Source: Hormiphora californensis | Taxonomy: Eukaryota; Animalia; Ctenophora | DNA length: 64,000 bases | NCBI GenBank assembly: GCA_020137815.1 | Contig: CM035353.1 | Coordinates: 4,092,001 to 4,156,000, forward strand | Direction: 5' to 3' | Shown: piece after piece, positions 47,702-60,097 of the stretch | Layout of the letters: each line of letters opens with the position of its first letter | How positions within the stretch are numbered: the stretch's first letter is position 1 | Notes under the pieces: model-generated | Told to the model about the DNA's origin: nothing | What the model saw: the letters and a program-made list of their open reading frames with translations, nothing else | Database searches by the model: none | Made by a program: the position numbers and the translations under genes

Positions 47702-48760
47702 ATGACGGAGAAACTTAATACCTCTGATGCAGATGCCGATCCACTGGAATGCTGGGATTTGTCGATGATGGAAAAACTTCGTTGTGCAGTAGAGGACGTT
47801 TTTTATATCAAGAACGGGCTCAAACAACCAAGTGAACAACAGGTTGATGGAGTATTGTCCAAGTTATTGGATTCTAGTTTGTATGATGATCCTGAGCAGT
47901 ATATTGAGGACGCACTGCCGAAAGACTCCGAAATGAAAAAGTATAATATTGATCGTTTCATGGCTTTCACCGAGAACCTCTCTCGTCATATTTTTCGGAT
48001 AGTGAGAGAAATAGGACCAGTTATGAAGGAGAAACGTCTGTATGCAACTGCCCGAATGAAAGAACGCCTGGAACTAGTGGAGTGTAATCAGAAGCTCAAG
48101 GAGGTACAAGAAGAGCTTGGCACTTTTAAGGAAGAAATCGACAAACATCGGGTAGCAAGGATTGAACTGCAAGAGAAGCTGATTGAAGCACAAAATACTT
48201 TGATTGAAGTACAAGGTCGGAAACTTAGTTCAGTGTCAGAGTCTGTTCAGAAGCATTTGCAGGGCTACTCCAAGGTGCTTGTACAGAATTGCTCTGCGGC
48301 TATTGCACCATCCCGCCTCCAAGCAGCATTGAAGAAAGCGACTGTACCCCATCCAAGTACAACCGCGGAAGAAGCAACTCTTGATCGCAAGTTGAATTTG
48401 GTTATATTTGGGCTGCCAGAAACTACGGCAAGGGCTACTGAGCATGAAGTTCAGGATATCTTTGGAGAGCTCAATGAAAAACCAGTCATATCTTCTACAA
48501 AGCGTATTGGCGAAAAGACTGATAACCGACCGAGACCAGTAATTGTTACACTTGAAAGGAGGGAAACTTTGTTACAACTTCTAAGAAAAGCAAAACAGCT
48601 CCGAGATTCAGAGAAATTCTCCTCGGTGTTTCTCTCCCCCGACCTAACACCGGAGGAGCAGCGAGAGCGGAAAACTCTCGTTGATACAGTGAAAGGACTG
48701 AGGCGAGACAATCCGAATGGACGATACTGGGTTAGCAGGGGGGTAATTAAATGTGGCTGA
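47702..48760 (+). CDS. LINE ORF1p-like protein (CR1/L2-type; coiled coil plus RRM/CTD-like region), 352 aa, intact
   Basis: Heptad-rich middle, then RKLNLVIFGLPE, KRIG....RPRPVIVTL, LLRKAKQLR, VFLSPDLTPEEQRERKTL; no ORF2 follows. Confidence 0.85.
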   Translation: MTEKLNTSDADADPLECWDLSMMEKLRCAVEDVFYIKNGLKQPSEQQVDGVLSKLLDSSLYDDPEQYIEDALPKDSEMKKYNIDRFMAFTENLSRHIFRIVREIGPVMKEKRLYATARMKERLELVECNQKLKEVQEELGTFKEEIDKHRVARIELQEKLIEAQNTLIEVQGRKLSSVSESVQKHLQGYSKVLVQNCSAAIAPSRLQAALKKATVPHPSTTAEEATLDRKLNLVIFGLPETTARATEHEVQDIFGELNEKPVISSTKRIGEKTDNRPRPVIVTLERRETLLQLLRKAKQLRDSEKFSSVFLSPDLTPEEQRERKTLVDTVKGLRRDNPNGRYWVSRGVIKCG

Positions 48761-48896
48761 CCTGCTACATGTAATTTGTACTCTAAAGAGACTTCAAAAG
48801 GAACCTTATGACTATCAATTTAGCCCACAAAAAGGGGCAGTATATGTTGTATTTTATCCAATATATACATTTTAGATTTAATAAATAAATAAATAA

Positions 48897-49400
48897 TGGG
48901 CAACTCCTTTTCAGCACCTCTCCTGGATCTCTTTTGACCATAAGTACCTCCACCTAAGGCTTCCCTCCGCATCCTTGAAACTTGCTACTTCATCTTCCCT
49001 CCTGGAACCTGCTTCTGCACCCTCCCTTCTCGGTACCTGCTTCTACACCCCGTCCTCCTTGGTACCTGCTTCTGCACCCTCTCCCCCCCCCCTCGGAACC
49101 TGCTTCTGCCTTACACATCTCCGCTCCTGGGTTCCTGTTCCTGCACCCTCCCTCCTGGGTCCTGCTTCCACACCTCTCCAGTCTCCCTCCTAGGTCCGCC
49201 CTCTACACCCTTCCCCATGGGTCCTGATTCTGTACCCTCCCTTCTGGGTACCTACTTCTGCGCCCTCCCTCTTCGGTCCCTGTGTCTGAACCCTCCTTCT
49301 GGGTACCTGTTTCCACACCCTCTCCCTCCTTGGTACCTGGTTCTACACCCCCTCCCTCCTTGGTTCCTGCTTTTGCACCCTCCCTTCTGCATCCCATCCG
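48897..49400. repeat. Degenerate pyrimidine-rich minisatellite of about 26-30 bp; left remainder at about 47550-47634
   Basis: Unit like CTTCTGCACCCTCCCTCCTTGGTACCTG. Confidence 0.8.
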
Positions 49401-50375
49401 GATTCGTGTCTCCACATCCTTCCACTTTATCACACCGGATCTTCCCTCCCTGGACAGCTACTAAACACATTACTACCTTTGGTACGTATTTGTTCTGAAA
49501 ATCGGCATTTTCTCACCACCCACCCTCCCTGCAGGGAGTGGTACTGGTTATGGGAGTGCGAACGAGAGACCCGATATTTGACGAATGAAACACTAATCCG
49601 TGCCGACGATGCACAGGCGCCCTTAGTAAGGGCCCCTTACTGATACCAAATCAAGCGTTCTGGACTTTTGTATGATCGGGGGCTAATTTATTAACAATTT
49701 AATTTATTCTTTTTTAGTGTTTTTTTATAAGTTGTGTTTTGAAGTTGCTCCGGTTGTTGCGAGCAAAATTGCGTTAAGTTCATATAGACAATGTTATCCA
49801 CTTGAGAAAGTGATACTTTAGAGAGTGCGTTGGCACCATTTTTCTGGGTATATATTCACTATTGAGTGGGATATTAAGTGCATAATTTACATTTACATTT
49901 GCTAATGAATTTGCTAAGACTCATGCCTTCGATATATTTTTACAAGGCTGGACGTAGACTTAACCGATAATAAGTTGACAAAGTGATAAAAAATGCATTA
50001 AATAATCATTAAGTAATCAATCAATTCGCCTATTCTCCCTTAGTAGTATAAGAAGGGGACAGCGGCATTCATAGTAAAGGACGCTCAAGTTAAAACTAAA
50101 AATTCCCCCACTTGAGTTTTATGATACTTTCCAAATTCCACGTTCATAGATTCACCCCCTGATAAAATACGTAGAGACTTCAAATTTAGTTTGGGGTTTA
50201 GTACGCCTGCACGAGACCTGTCATTACATGCGTTTTTGCCTGTCATTACATGCGTTTTTGCCTGTCCCATCTTATAACCCGGATAGGGAAAACATCTTTT
50301 TTTACTGAAAAACTTAGCTAAAACTGTTCAAAATATATTGTATTAAAAATGATTAATGTAATTCTTCACAGCAGA

Positions 50376-51802
50376 ATGTTTGTGTTTACGATATGGATTA
50401 GTTTTCTAGTACTAGTTACCTCCAAAAATGGTAAGTGCCACCAGATGAGGCTGTTTCTAGAATTAATCGACTCTGTAACAACTCTATAACTTCTCTCTCT
50501 CATCCATCTTCAGTTGAGCTGTTTAGTATGATGGAGTCTGACAGAGATTTGTGGAATTCCACCCAAAAGGATTCGGACCCCGTACTAGGGAGATATAAGT
50601 GGCAGGCACGAGGAGGTTACCCTTTTTATTTCTACGTGTGCATTATCGAGGGCAGCAAGCAGGATAATTTCCTAAGGTAATTGTTGTCTTAATTGTTGAA
50701 TTATCCAGCTTGATATAAGATGTTATAATGAGTCTCAAACAAATTAATTGATTTACAACTGAGTCTCAATTATATCCATAAAGTTACAATAGATATTGTT
50801 TTGTATTTACCCATCAGACTTGTTAAATATTCTCTCACTCTCTGTCCTACTTAGCTAATACTTTTCGCAGGACGCCCTTTATCCCGACAAATGAGTATAG
50901 TTTTGTATACGTGGAGTTAAAGTACAAGATAAACTCGTGTGCAGACAGTAGGGAGGGAGTTGCGAGGGACAATTGTGCACAGGCTATTCACTTGCACATG
51001 AAAGAGGTAAACAATTATTAACGATTAAATTCAAAGAAGAAATAAACTGTGGCCAGTGAAATGTGAATTTGATAAATGATGTTCCATACACCGTATCTTC
51101 TCACACTGCTAATAAGCTCCCCCGAATCATATGTTTTGTAACCCGTATTGTCTCACACTGCGTCCCGGAATCGTGTTATATATCCAATGATATTATCCAT
51201 CCGATCCCCCTAATTATAATTTGTTAGTGATATTGTTAGTGACGTCACTAACAAAATTTTTCAGTGATGTCACTAACAATAATTGTTAGTGAAAAACACT
51301 AACACAATTTGTTAGTGCCGGCCATTCCTAACAGTGCCCAATTCTATATCTCCCATTTCGTCCAATCATTTGAAATCCCCCTAGTCGGACGAGAGAGGAG
51401 ATGTGCAAGAGGTTGATGAGTACACGTATTCAGTGGCCAATGAGGAATATACCAGTATTATTCCCCGTACGACAACCAACTTTGAAACAACTAAAGTACC
51501 TGTCAAGCTAACAGGTATAATTTAAAGTAACTGAGTTGTGTATAAATATGGAATTTATTTGTCATAATACATGACTGACGACTTCGGCCCGGATCTAAGA
51601 GGGCAGTCTTTTGTGAGACAAGGTATGTATCAACTTGTTTCTCATTACCTCTCTCTCCTTCCAGGACGCTCAAAGGGAGTATTCTTTGCAATCCGAGACA
51701 GAGGTGCTTGTGTAACCCTAAAGGACTTCAAGGTGTTCGCTCAGTACTGCCCAGAGACTGTTTCCAACGCAGTCAGGTTAGTGCAAGAGCGAAGAGGGAG
51801 AG

Positions 51803-51856
<54 letters not shown>

Positions 51857-52694
51857 GAGAGAGAGGGAGAGAGAGAGAAAGAGATATAGAATGTGTGTGT
51901 ATGTGTGTGCTAATTTCCCCTATATTCCAGGTACCCAGAAACGCAGCTTAACAGCACCGATAAACTTGTCACAGGAACATGTGTTTCCAACGCAACGCAT
52001 CCTATAGGAGGTAGGTCGAGGGGTAGTTAATTAATTGATCAATTAAACAGTTTCACATTTCTTGTTGGTCAATTAATTACTCCATATAACCTCATCAATG
52101 AAATCCTCCCTTGAATGCACTGTGTTTAACGGCTGGTCAGTTGCAAAAGTTGCAGAATATATGGTTTAGTGGTTGCTGTTGTTTGTAATTGAACGTGTGG
52201 GAAAATAATCTGAACCTTCCCTAATATCACATGTTAGAAACATCATATATGTTAGAAACAGCTGCCCGAGAGGGGTCAGGAGGGAGAGTAGTGACGTAGA
52301 GGGTGATTGTTAAGGGGCTTCAGATGCGAATCAGGAACAAGGAAAGATGTGAACCATGCCCACTCCAATCCACATCACTACCTGTATGTGTGCTAGGAAC
52401 CGACCGAATCAGGAAATACTGGGTCCCATGATGGCATAACGAAACCATAGTCACGTGACTAATACGGTTCTGATTGGTTGTTTACTTGTTTCGGTCGGTT
52501 CCTGATGTGTGCTGCCTGAGAAGTGCAATCAACCCGTTAAATCAAGTTGAAGGGGTTGTTGTGTGATCAAGCCTATTAAATGTTTGAAGGTGGGAAGTTT
52601 GCGAGGATTGGGGTGCGGCACAAGCAACGATCTGGCTTCTTTTTAATACCCGCAATTGTCAATCACTCTTTTCTCCTCTCTCTCTCTCTCTCTC

Positions 52695-52741
<47 letters not shown>

Positions 52742-53566
52742 CTCTCTTCTCCATCATCTCTCGGCATCTTTTCTCTCTCATCTCTCATCCGGGTCTCCTT
52801 CTCGCCTCTAATTTCTTCTTTCTCTTTCTCTTTCCCTCCTTTGTTCAGGTTAATACATACAAGTGTGAGTGTCTCGAAGGATACCAAAGGACCGACGAAA
52901 CCGTTTTGAGCTTCCCTGTATAGGTGAGGGCCCCTCATGGAATAATATCTATCGTTTTAAATCATCATATTTGGAACAAATAGTTCCCTCCTTTGTTCAG
53001 AGTTCCCTCCATCCAATATATAAGCGCTCCCACACGCTTTGGAGTGTCTTCCTCTCTCTCTCTCACTCCTTCCTCTCTCTCTCTCCTTCCTCTCTCTCTC
53101 CCTTCTTTTCTCCCACTCATTTATAGATGTACAACACAAACGGAACAACTAATTATTCATCGATAATAATCAGAGAGAGGGGGAGACAGAGGAAGAGAGA
53201 GGGAGAGCGAGACCAACCAAACCAAACCAGAGAGAATGAGAGGAGGGAGACAGAGAGAACGCAGAAACATCACACTATCCCTTTGAAAGTGAATCTAAAA
53301 CGTCATTTTGAAGATAAACCCGTGAAAGATAAAACTTGTCTTGGTCCCTTAGGGAATTATCGCATATATGTACTCAAGAACATTTTCACTTTCCCTTCCC
53401 CCCCCCCCCATTATGCTTCTTACAAACCCAAAGATAATTCTGGACACCGTCTGGCTTTAGCAAGGACTTAACTCCTAGTTTATTATAGACAAGTTCAAAC
53501 ACCCATTATATTGGACCTCGCTTGTTGTACATCTCTAGCGTGTGTAAGCGTGCGCCTCTCTCTCTC

Positions 53567-53601
<35 letters not shown>

Positions 53602-55597
53602 TTCTCATGTCATCGCGGAATTGTTATTTGCCTTGCAAACCCTGAGCAGAAGCATTAATTAAAAGAGAATTTACTGTTAAACCATTAGCACACCCCGAGC
53701 TTAACAACTCTTTCTCTCTCTCTCTCACTCTCACTCACTCTATCTCTCGCTCTCTCCTCCTCTCTCTCTCTCTCTCCACTCTCTCTCTTCTCTCGTCTCT
53801 CACTCTCTCTCTCTCACTCTCTCTCTCTCACTCACTCTCTCTCTCTCTAACCTGACTACGTTCCAAACTGTCTCTGGGCAATGCCTATCGAACACCTTCA
53901 AGAGTCCCTGACACACATTTGGGTGACAAGTCCCACGTGTTTTCTGAAATAATTGTTATGCATAATGCATACCTTAACATACCTCAATTTCAGCCCCGCC
54001 CGGACCGCCTGACGGAGATAAGATAGAGATATTGAGCGAGGGGAAGTTCGAAGTAAACTGACACTCCCAGAAACTAATCTTGACTACCTCATTACCATTA
54101 ACCATGTATGTGATCTGTAAAACAGATCATCTCTTTTTAGTTTGCCCTCTCCTCCCTTTGTCGCCCTATTATTATTAAGATACCATCTATTACCACCGCT
54201 GTACCCCATCGTTTTTTAAACCCTATCCTTTCTTTCTTCCCCTAGATCCTCTCTTTTTATTATTCATTTCCCTGTCCTCTATCCTGTCCTATTTAACTCC
54301 TATCTTTACAGAGCACACGAGACAATATGATGCCTCTAGTTGCAGCTGGAAACTATCGAGTTGAAGATGGGACTGCCATTCTTACAGGTAACCACTCATA
54401 TAACCACTAACCACCTATATTAACTTCTGACACATTTCACCCGGATTGCCCCTATGTTTCAATTTGAATTTCACTAAGTACCCACTACCCACTTAGTGAC
54501 CCTGCAAACTATGTACCTATAACTAACCGAGCTAAAACCCGACCACCCTCTGCAGCAGTCTGCTACAGTATTCCCTGCTACAGTATTCCCCAAACTACCA
54601 ACTAACCATTTCAGAGCTAAACCGACCACCCCTCTGTAGCATCTGCTACAGTATTCCCTGCTACAGTATTCCGGATTCCCCAAACTACCAACTAACCATT
54701 TCAGAGCTAAGGCCCGACCACCCTCTGCAGCAGTCTGCTACAGTATTCCCTGCTACAGTATTCCCCAAACTACCAACTAACCATTTCAGAGCTAAGACCC
54801 GACCACCCTCTGCAGCAGTCTGCTACAGTATTCCCTGCTACAGTATTCCCTAAACTACACCTACTAACCGTTTCAGAGCTAAGGCCCGATACAGAGTACA
54901 TAGTGTCTTTTCGGGTAAAGAATGGCTCAATTCTATCGGAGGCGGCGCTTATAATTATCCACACAGCCGCGGAGAAACCCTCAATACAGGAGATGCTCAC
55001 GGGAAAATGGGGAATATTGATTGCATCTGGAGTTGTAATCCTTGTGCTTGTCTTTACCGTAGCACTGCTTTGTAAGAGGTGAGGTATTCCAGGAATTTTT
55101 AGAATATCTTGATTTTGTTTGTATCAGGGGTGTAAAATTCTCAATAGATATAGTATGTGTGTGTGTGTGAGTGTTTCGTCTGTGTGTTTGTTTTTCCTTA
55201 TTAGTTGCTTGTGAGTCGCCCGTGGTAAAATATTGACCCTCGAGTGGGCGTGATGAAAGAGGGGAGAGAAATAGGTCATAGGAGATGGAGAGAAAAGAGA
55301 GAGAGAACGAAAGAGGGGAGGAAAAAGGGAGCACAAGGGTAGAAATAGGAGAGAGCAGTAGGGGATGGAAAGAGAGAGAAGGTATAAAAGGGGGAGCGTG
55401 TGTATTATATATAATGTGAATCGTGGCGCGGAGAAAGAGCGATCCAGTATTATTGAGTGTATAAGAAGTCATATTAGCAAACATGCGAACAGACAGGGTA
55501 ATTATCATATTAGTGGTCAATTAGGCAGCAAGTACTGTGCTTAATCGCTACATAGTGGAGAGAGAGGGAGAGAGGGAGAGAGGGAGAGAGAGAGAGA

Positions 55598-55651
<54 letters not shown>

Positions 55652-55691
55652 GTAGAGAGCGAGAGAGAGAGAGAGAAGGAGAAAAGAGAGA

Positions 55692-55753
<62 letters not shown>

Positions 55754-57022
55754 TGGAGATACAGAGAAGGAGAGGGGAGGGAGAGAGAGGGGGAGATCGA
55801 TGGAGTGAGATAGGGAGAGAGACCGAAGGAGAGGTACCATGGGAAGAGAGTGACAGTGGAGATAAAGAGAAGGGGAGGGAGACAGGTGGGAGATTGGGAG
55901 AGGGGGAGATGGCGGGTTGATGTCATTGTGTTTATCGCTATTAAGACAGATCTTTGACAAGTATCAATTCATAACATGGGATGCGTGTCATGAGGATTGA
56001 GGAAACGTATCATACCCGCCTGGTTCGGAGAGAGGAAACAATATATTATGTATAACACTAGAGAGTGCTCTTTTGAGCGAGATATAATACGGTGAAAAGA
56101 TAACCATATTTGTATTTGCTCTCACCCTGTGATAGAGCACTGTCGGCACCCGGTGCACTGCAACTGTATGGTGAAAAGATAACTATTAACTACTCATATA
56201 TAGCATATAGTTAAGGGAAGGGTTAGTGACAGGAATGCTACAGAGAGGGGAGAGAGACGTAGCACGAAGCCCCAATTTGTGGCCCCAAGGGAATTACTTT
56301 GCACTGTTGGGTGGGATACATATCGCCCCTTCCGGCAATGCCGCCACCAAAAAAGAGATACCTAGAGACAGAAAGACAGAGAGATAGAGACAGATAGGGA
56401 GATAGAGGGAGGGATAGTCGATAGAGAGAGAGAGAGGAAGGTGGAGAAAATTTTGCCCACTTTTTATTTTCTATACATTAGCACCGCTCAATGTCAGTGT
56501 GTACATGATGCAGTGTAAGGGGGATGGTCGAAGGATCACTTTCCCGGTTGATAACTTGTGTACATTGGGCACGTGCTCCACACTTTTTGCCATTGGTTCT
56601 GACCCGAGCTGAATCGCACGTGGTGGTGGGGACTGGCACGTGCCCACTCTTACACACACGCCATACAACCAAAAACCCCCCTCTCCCTGCACGAGCTACC
56701 AAAATGTCTCTCAGCATACAGCTGAACACTGAGTCTATCCCTTGTTCCTTTTCCGAGTAGGAATGGTGAGTGAGAGTGATGGGATAATTTTATTTAGTTA
56801 GATTGGAACTTGAAGTGGGCCGTGGGATGGAGGGGGGGGGGGGTCAGGATAAATTGATGGCCATCAATGGTTGCAATGAATAACAGCGCTGGCTGATTGA
56901 AAGTGATTTTCCTTAAAAAGTATTATTTGCTGCTTGTGGAGTTCCTTAATGGTACTTAGAGAAACTCCAATGTACATTGTACATGCGTCTGTCCATTGTC
57001 TGACCTTGAATAACATCTCTCT

Positions 57023-57089
<67 letters not shown>

Positions 57090-57531
57090 CCTCTCCTCTC
57101 TCTCTCTCTCTCTTCGTGGACCGTAACAAAAGCTCCCAAATAGCTCCCTTTGGAAGTCACGTGAATCTTGCAAAGAAAGAGACAGTCGAGAGAATGAGTG
57201 AGACAGACAGATAGATAGAGAGCATGAGTGAGAGAGGCAGACAGAAGCAGAAAAAAGCGAGGAAGGCAGTTCGAGGGAGATAAAAAGAGAGAATGAGCGA
57301 GAGAGCTTATAGGCAGACAGAAAGGTTTCCTAATTTCCTGTATCAGTTATTGCAATAATATTGGATCTTTCGTATCCGATATTGCATGAAGTACAGAAGA
57401 AAACGAGGGAAAGAGAACCATGGGTAGAGAGAGAGGGAGAGAGAGAGAGAGAGGGAGGGAAAATGATATCATTCAAAAAAGAAATGTTGTACAAAATGGT
57501 ACTATAAACTGACCCTTTACAATACATCTCT

Positions 57532-57582
<51 letters not shown>

Positions 57583-60097
57583 TCCAAGCTTGTCCATTCC
57601 TCTCCATAAATATCCCAGTACAGATCACACACTCTCCCTCTCGATCTATAAACACAGCGTGTGTAGAAGAGTGTGAACTGTGAATTGTATAAAAAGGTTG
57701 CGATTTAGTCAGTTTAGTTAGTTGGTCTGGTATCAGATGATGTCCATATATGGTGTTGTTTGTCATGTGTTCTAACCACCATATTTTAGGCATAAAAGAC
57801 AGAAGATGCGGCACCGTAGAGACCACCACGTCAACATTGGAACCGTCTCTACTCGGCGATCTGGAACACTCTCCAATGCAAAATATGTGCCAGTGTCGGC
57901 CTTTGCTGAGCATCACGACCTCTTAGCCAATGCCCGGGATATCAGACGGAGCGAGTTGGACCTGGCGGAAGAGTGCGGTAAGGGACAGTTCGGAACGGTC
58001 CACAGGGCCGTCTATAATTCCCCGACTGGAGAAAGGAGGGAGGTGGCGGTAAAAGTGGCCAAAGACTTCAGCAATCCCGATATTATACGAGAGTTCAAAT
58101 CGGAGGCATCCATCATGGTATGTGTATCATGTACAGTGTTTACCTTCTTCTAAACATCAACCAATCACAGCTTTTATCGTCCACTAATTACCCACTTATC
58201 ACCCACTAATCGCCTAATTTACACACACTAATTACCCACTACTCACCCTCTATCACCCACTCTACACCTACAGTTATTAACAATTACCAATTTTCTACAG
58301 GTCCAGTTTAACGATCCGCACGTGATTGAGTTAGTGGGAGTTGTGTACAGTGATCGGTTCATGATAGTTACAGAATTTATGAAAAATGGGTGCCTCAAAA
58401 ATTATCTATGCGTAAGTTTATTTCAAGTTGTCCAATGTATTCTGGAACACCTATATTATTTTCAAGAGTTGGTTTTCCCGATCATTCTCGGATCATTCGT
58501 CCTTACACATTTGCAGTTTGCTCTATTCTTCCGATTCTTCTGGGTTCCAAGGCGAATGTAATTCAATTGGACCCAGTCTAATATGCTCCCTTGATTACAA
58601 ACTATATTTCTTTTCCTCTATGTTTATCTACATTTCTGTCTCTCTGTCTCTCCATTTCTCTCCATCTTTCTCTCTCTCAATCGCATATTTATCACGAATG
58701 AGATCTGATCAGTATTAAATCACGTTTTCCGTTTCTTGGATATATTATATGTAGGCTCTAGTTATATAGTTAACCCCTCGTTATTTACCATGACATCACG
58801 CTCTGTCACATTCCAGTAGTGACATATAAGTGACGTCACTAACATGACATAATCCTGGCAGGAGATCAGAGGAATGCGCAGTCCTGCAGCACTCCTCAAA
58901 ATGGCCCGTGGTATTGTCCTTGGAATGAAGTACCTGGCGAGCATGAATTTCATACACAGGGTGAGTCAAACAAGCCCTTCAGTCAATGTAGTCCCCGACC
59001 ATCAGGTTTCAGTGGCTTTACAAATGTAAAGGAGGGTTAGAACACCTCGGTTTCAATGGCTAACCCCACCGATTTACCCAGGATCTAGCGGCAAGGAACA
59101 TCTTAGTGGATGAGAACGATTTCTGTAAAGTCTCGGATTTCGGCCTTTCATACATCCTTGAGGAGAACAACTACTACAAGCCGGTAATTGTTTGTTTGTT
59201 TGTTTGTTTGTGATTGCTGCGTCTGGAGGATGACCTGCCCGAAAGTAGTAGAGGCCGCACCGAACACGCTTATTAGGCGCCCCAGCACGTCATCCACTCC
59301 GCCGTACAAGGCCACCCACCAATCAGTTTTATGCAGAGCATGTTACTTCAGACGCTCCAGGAAGACCGTGGTCAACCACTGGCGACACCGAGCGGCGAGA
59401 GCCGCACGGCGTCGACAGGGGTATCACACTACTCCTGGCCTAAATCAAATTCTAAGGTTTGTGCTAAGCGGTAATTGTTCAATTAGTTATCTAATTAGCC
59501 AGCGGTAATTGTTCAAATAGTTATCTAATTAGGAAAATTAAAAATTGTTCGCATGGCTCGTTGACATAAAGTTGTAACCAAGTATAATTCCCTCTGCAGT
59601 TGTATACTCCATTTTTTTCAACTGTTCACCCCCAAAGTCGTGCGCGGAATTGTTTTGCGCGTCTATCACATGTTAACGTGTAGCGCGCGCAGCGTAAATT
59701 AAAATATCGCACGCGCACAAGTTGGAGGGTGAACAGTTGAATAAAAATGGACTTTAACCAAGTATAATTCCCTCTGCAGTTGTAACCAAGTATAATTCCC
59801 CCTGCAGTTGTAACCAAGTATAATTCCCCCTGCAGTTGTAACCAAGTATAATTCCCTCTGCAGTTGTAACCAAGTATAATTCCCTCTGCAGTTGTAACCA
59901 AGTATAATTCCCTCTGCAAATGTAACCAAGTATAATTCCCCCTGCAGACGGGAAATTTCCCTGTTCGGTGGACTCCCGTGGAGGCGATCCGACACAGGCG
60001 GTACTCTGAAAAGAGTGACGTATACAGCATGGGTGTTGTACTCTGGGAGATGTTTACGTTTGGGGAGGAGCCTTGGGGTAACCTCACCAATGAGCAG
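50376..60097 (+). CDS. Eph: Eph receptor tyrosine kinase; 3' end lies beyond the window
   Basis: Exons 50376-50430 (signal peptide), 50514-50676, 50871-51006, 51385-51514, 51665-51776, 51931-52010, noisy exons near 52090-52383, 52849-52923, 53994-54105, 54312-54387, 54877-55078 (FN3 end and TM), 57790-58117, 58301-58411, 58862-58960, 59082-59183, 59948-60097. Ligand-binding-domain motifs QDNFLRTPFI and [13 protein letters not shown]...YCP; kinase motifs [58 protein letters not shown]. Confidence 0.92.
52394..52504. mobile_element. 111-bp hAT-type MITE, same family as 14183-14291
   Basis: AGGAACCGACCGAATCAGGAAATACTGG ... TTCGGTCGGTTCCTG; 8-bp TSD ATGTGTGC. Confidence 0.88.
54520..54889 (+). 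repeat. About 85-bp tandem repeat (4-5 copies) containing branch point, acceptor and first exon bases of Eph
   Basis: Unit ACTAACCATTTCAG|AGCTAAGGCCCGA-CCACCCTCTGCAGCAGTCTGCTACAGTATTCCC... Confidence 0.9.
59193..59468 (-). mobile_element. Short retroposon (SINE or LINE 3' end) with (AAAC)n tail, inserted at an Eph splice donor
   Basis: (TTTG)n tail right after the donor; CGGTAATTGTT at 59182-59192 and again at 59469-59479 (probable TSD). Confidence 0.6.
59571..59947 (+). repeat. 28-bp tandem repeat (about 8 copies) ending in the Eph acceptor, interrupted by a MITE
   Basis: Unit TTGTAACCAAGTATAATTCCCYCTGCAG; the last copy is the acceptor of exon 59948. Confidence 0.9.

Larger units (their letters stand above)
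47631..48896 (+). mobile_element. Retroposed SL-capped, ORF1-only unit (processed copy)
   Basis: SL + 35-nt leader + intronless ORF + short 3' UTR ending in (TAAA)n; TGGGCAACT duplicated at 47626-47634 and 48897-48905; it interrupts a minisatellite. Confidence 0.8.

Noticed and set aside
49400-49630. Exon-like segments (donor at about 49482; AG-bounded 49534-49625 reading EWYWLWECERE...)
   Set aside because: No recognisable homology; could be Eph 5' UTR exons or chance.
52085-54105. Eph as a pseudogene because of single-base deletions (about 52915 and 54060) and unreadable exons near 52090-52380
   Set aside because: The defects fall in short homopolymers in a visibly noisy stretch while the kinase exons are clean; assembly error is more likely but unproven.
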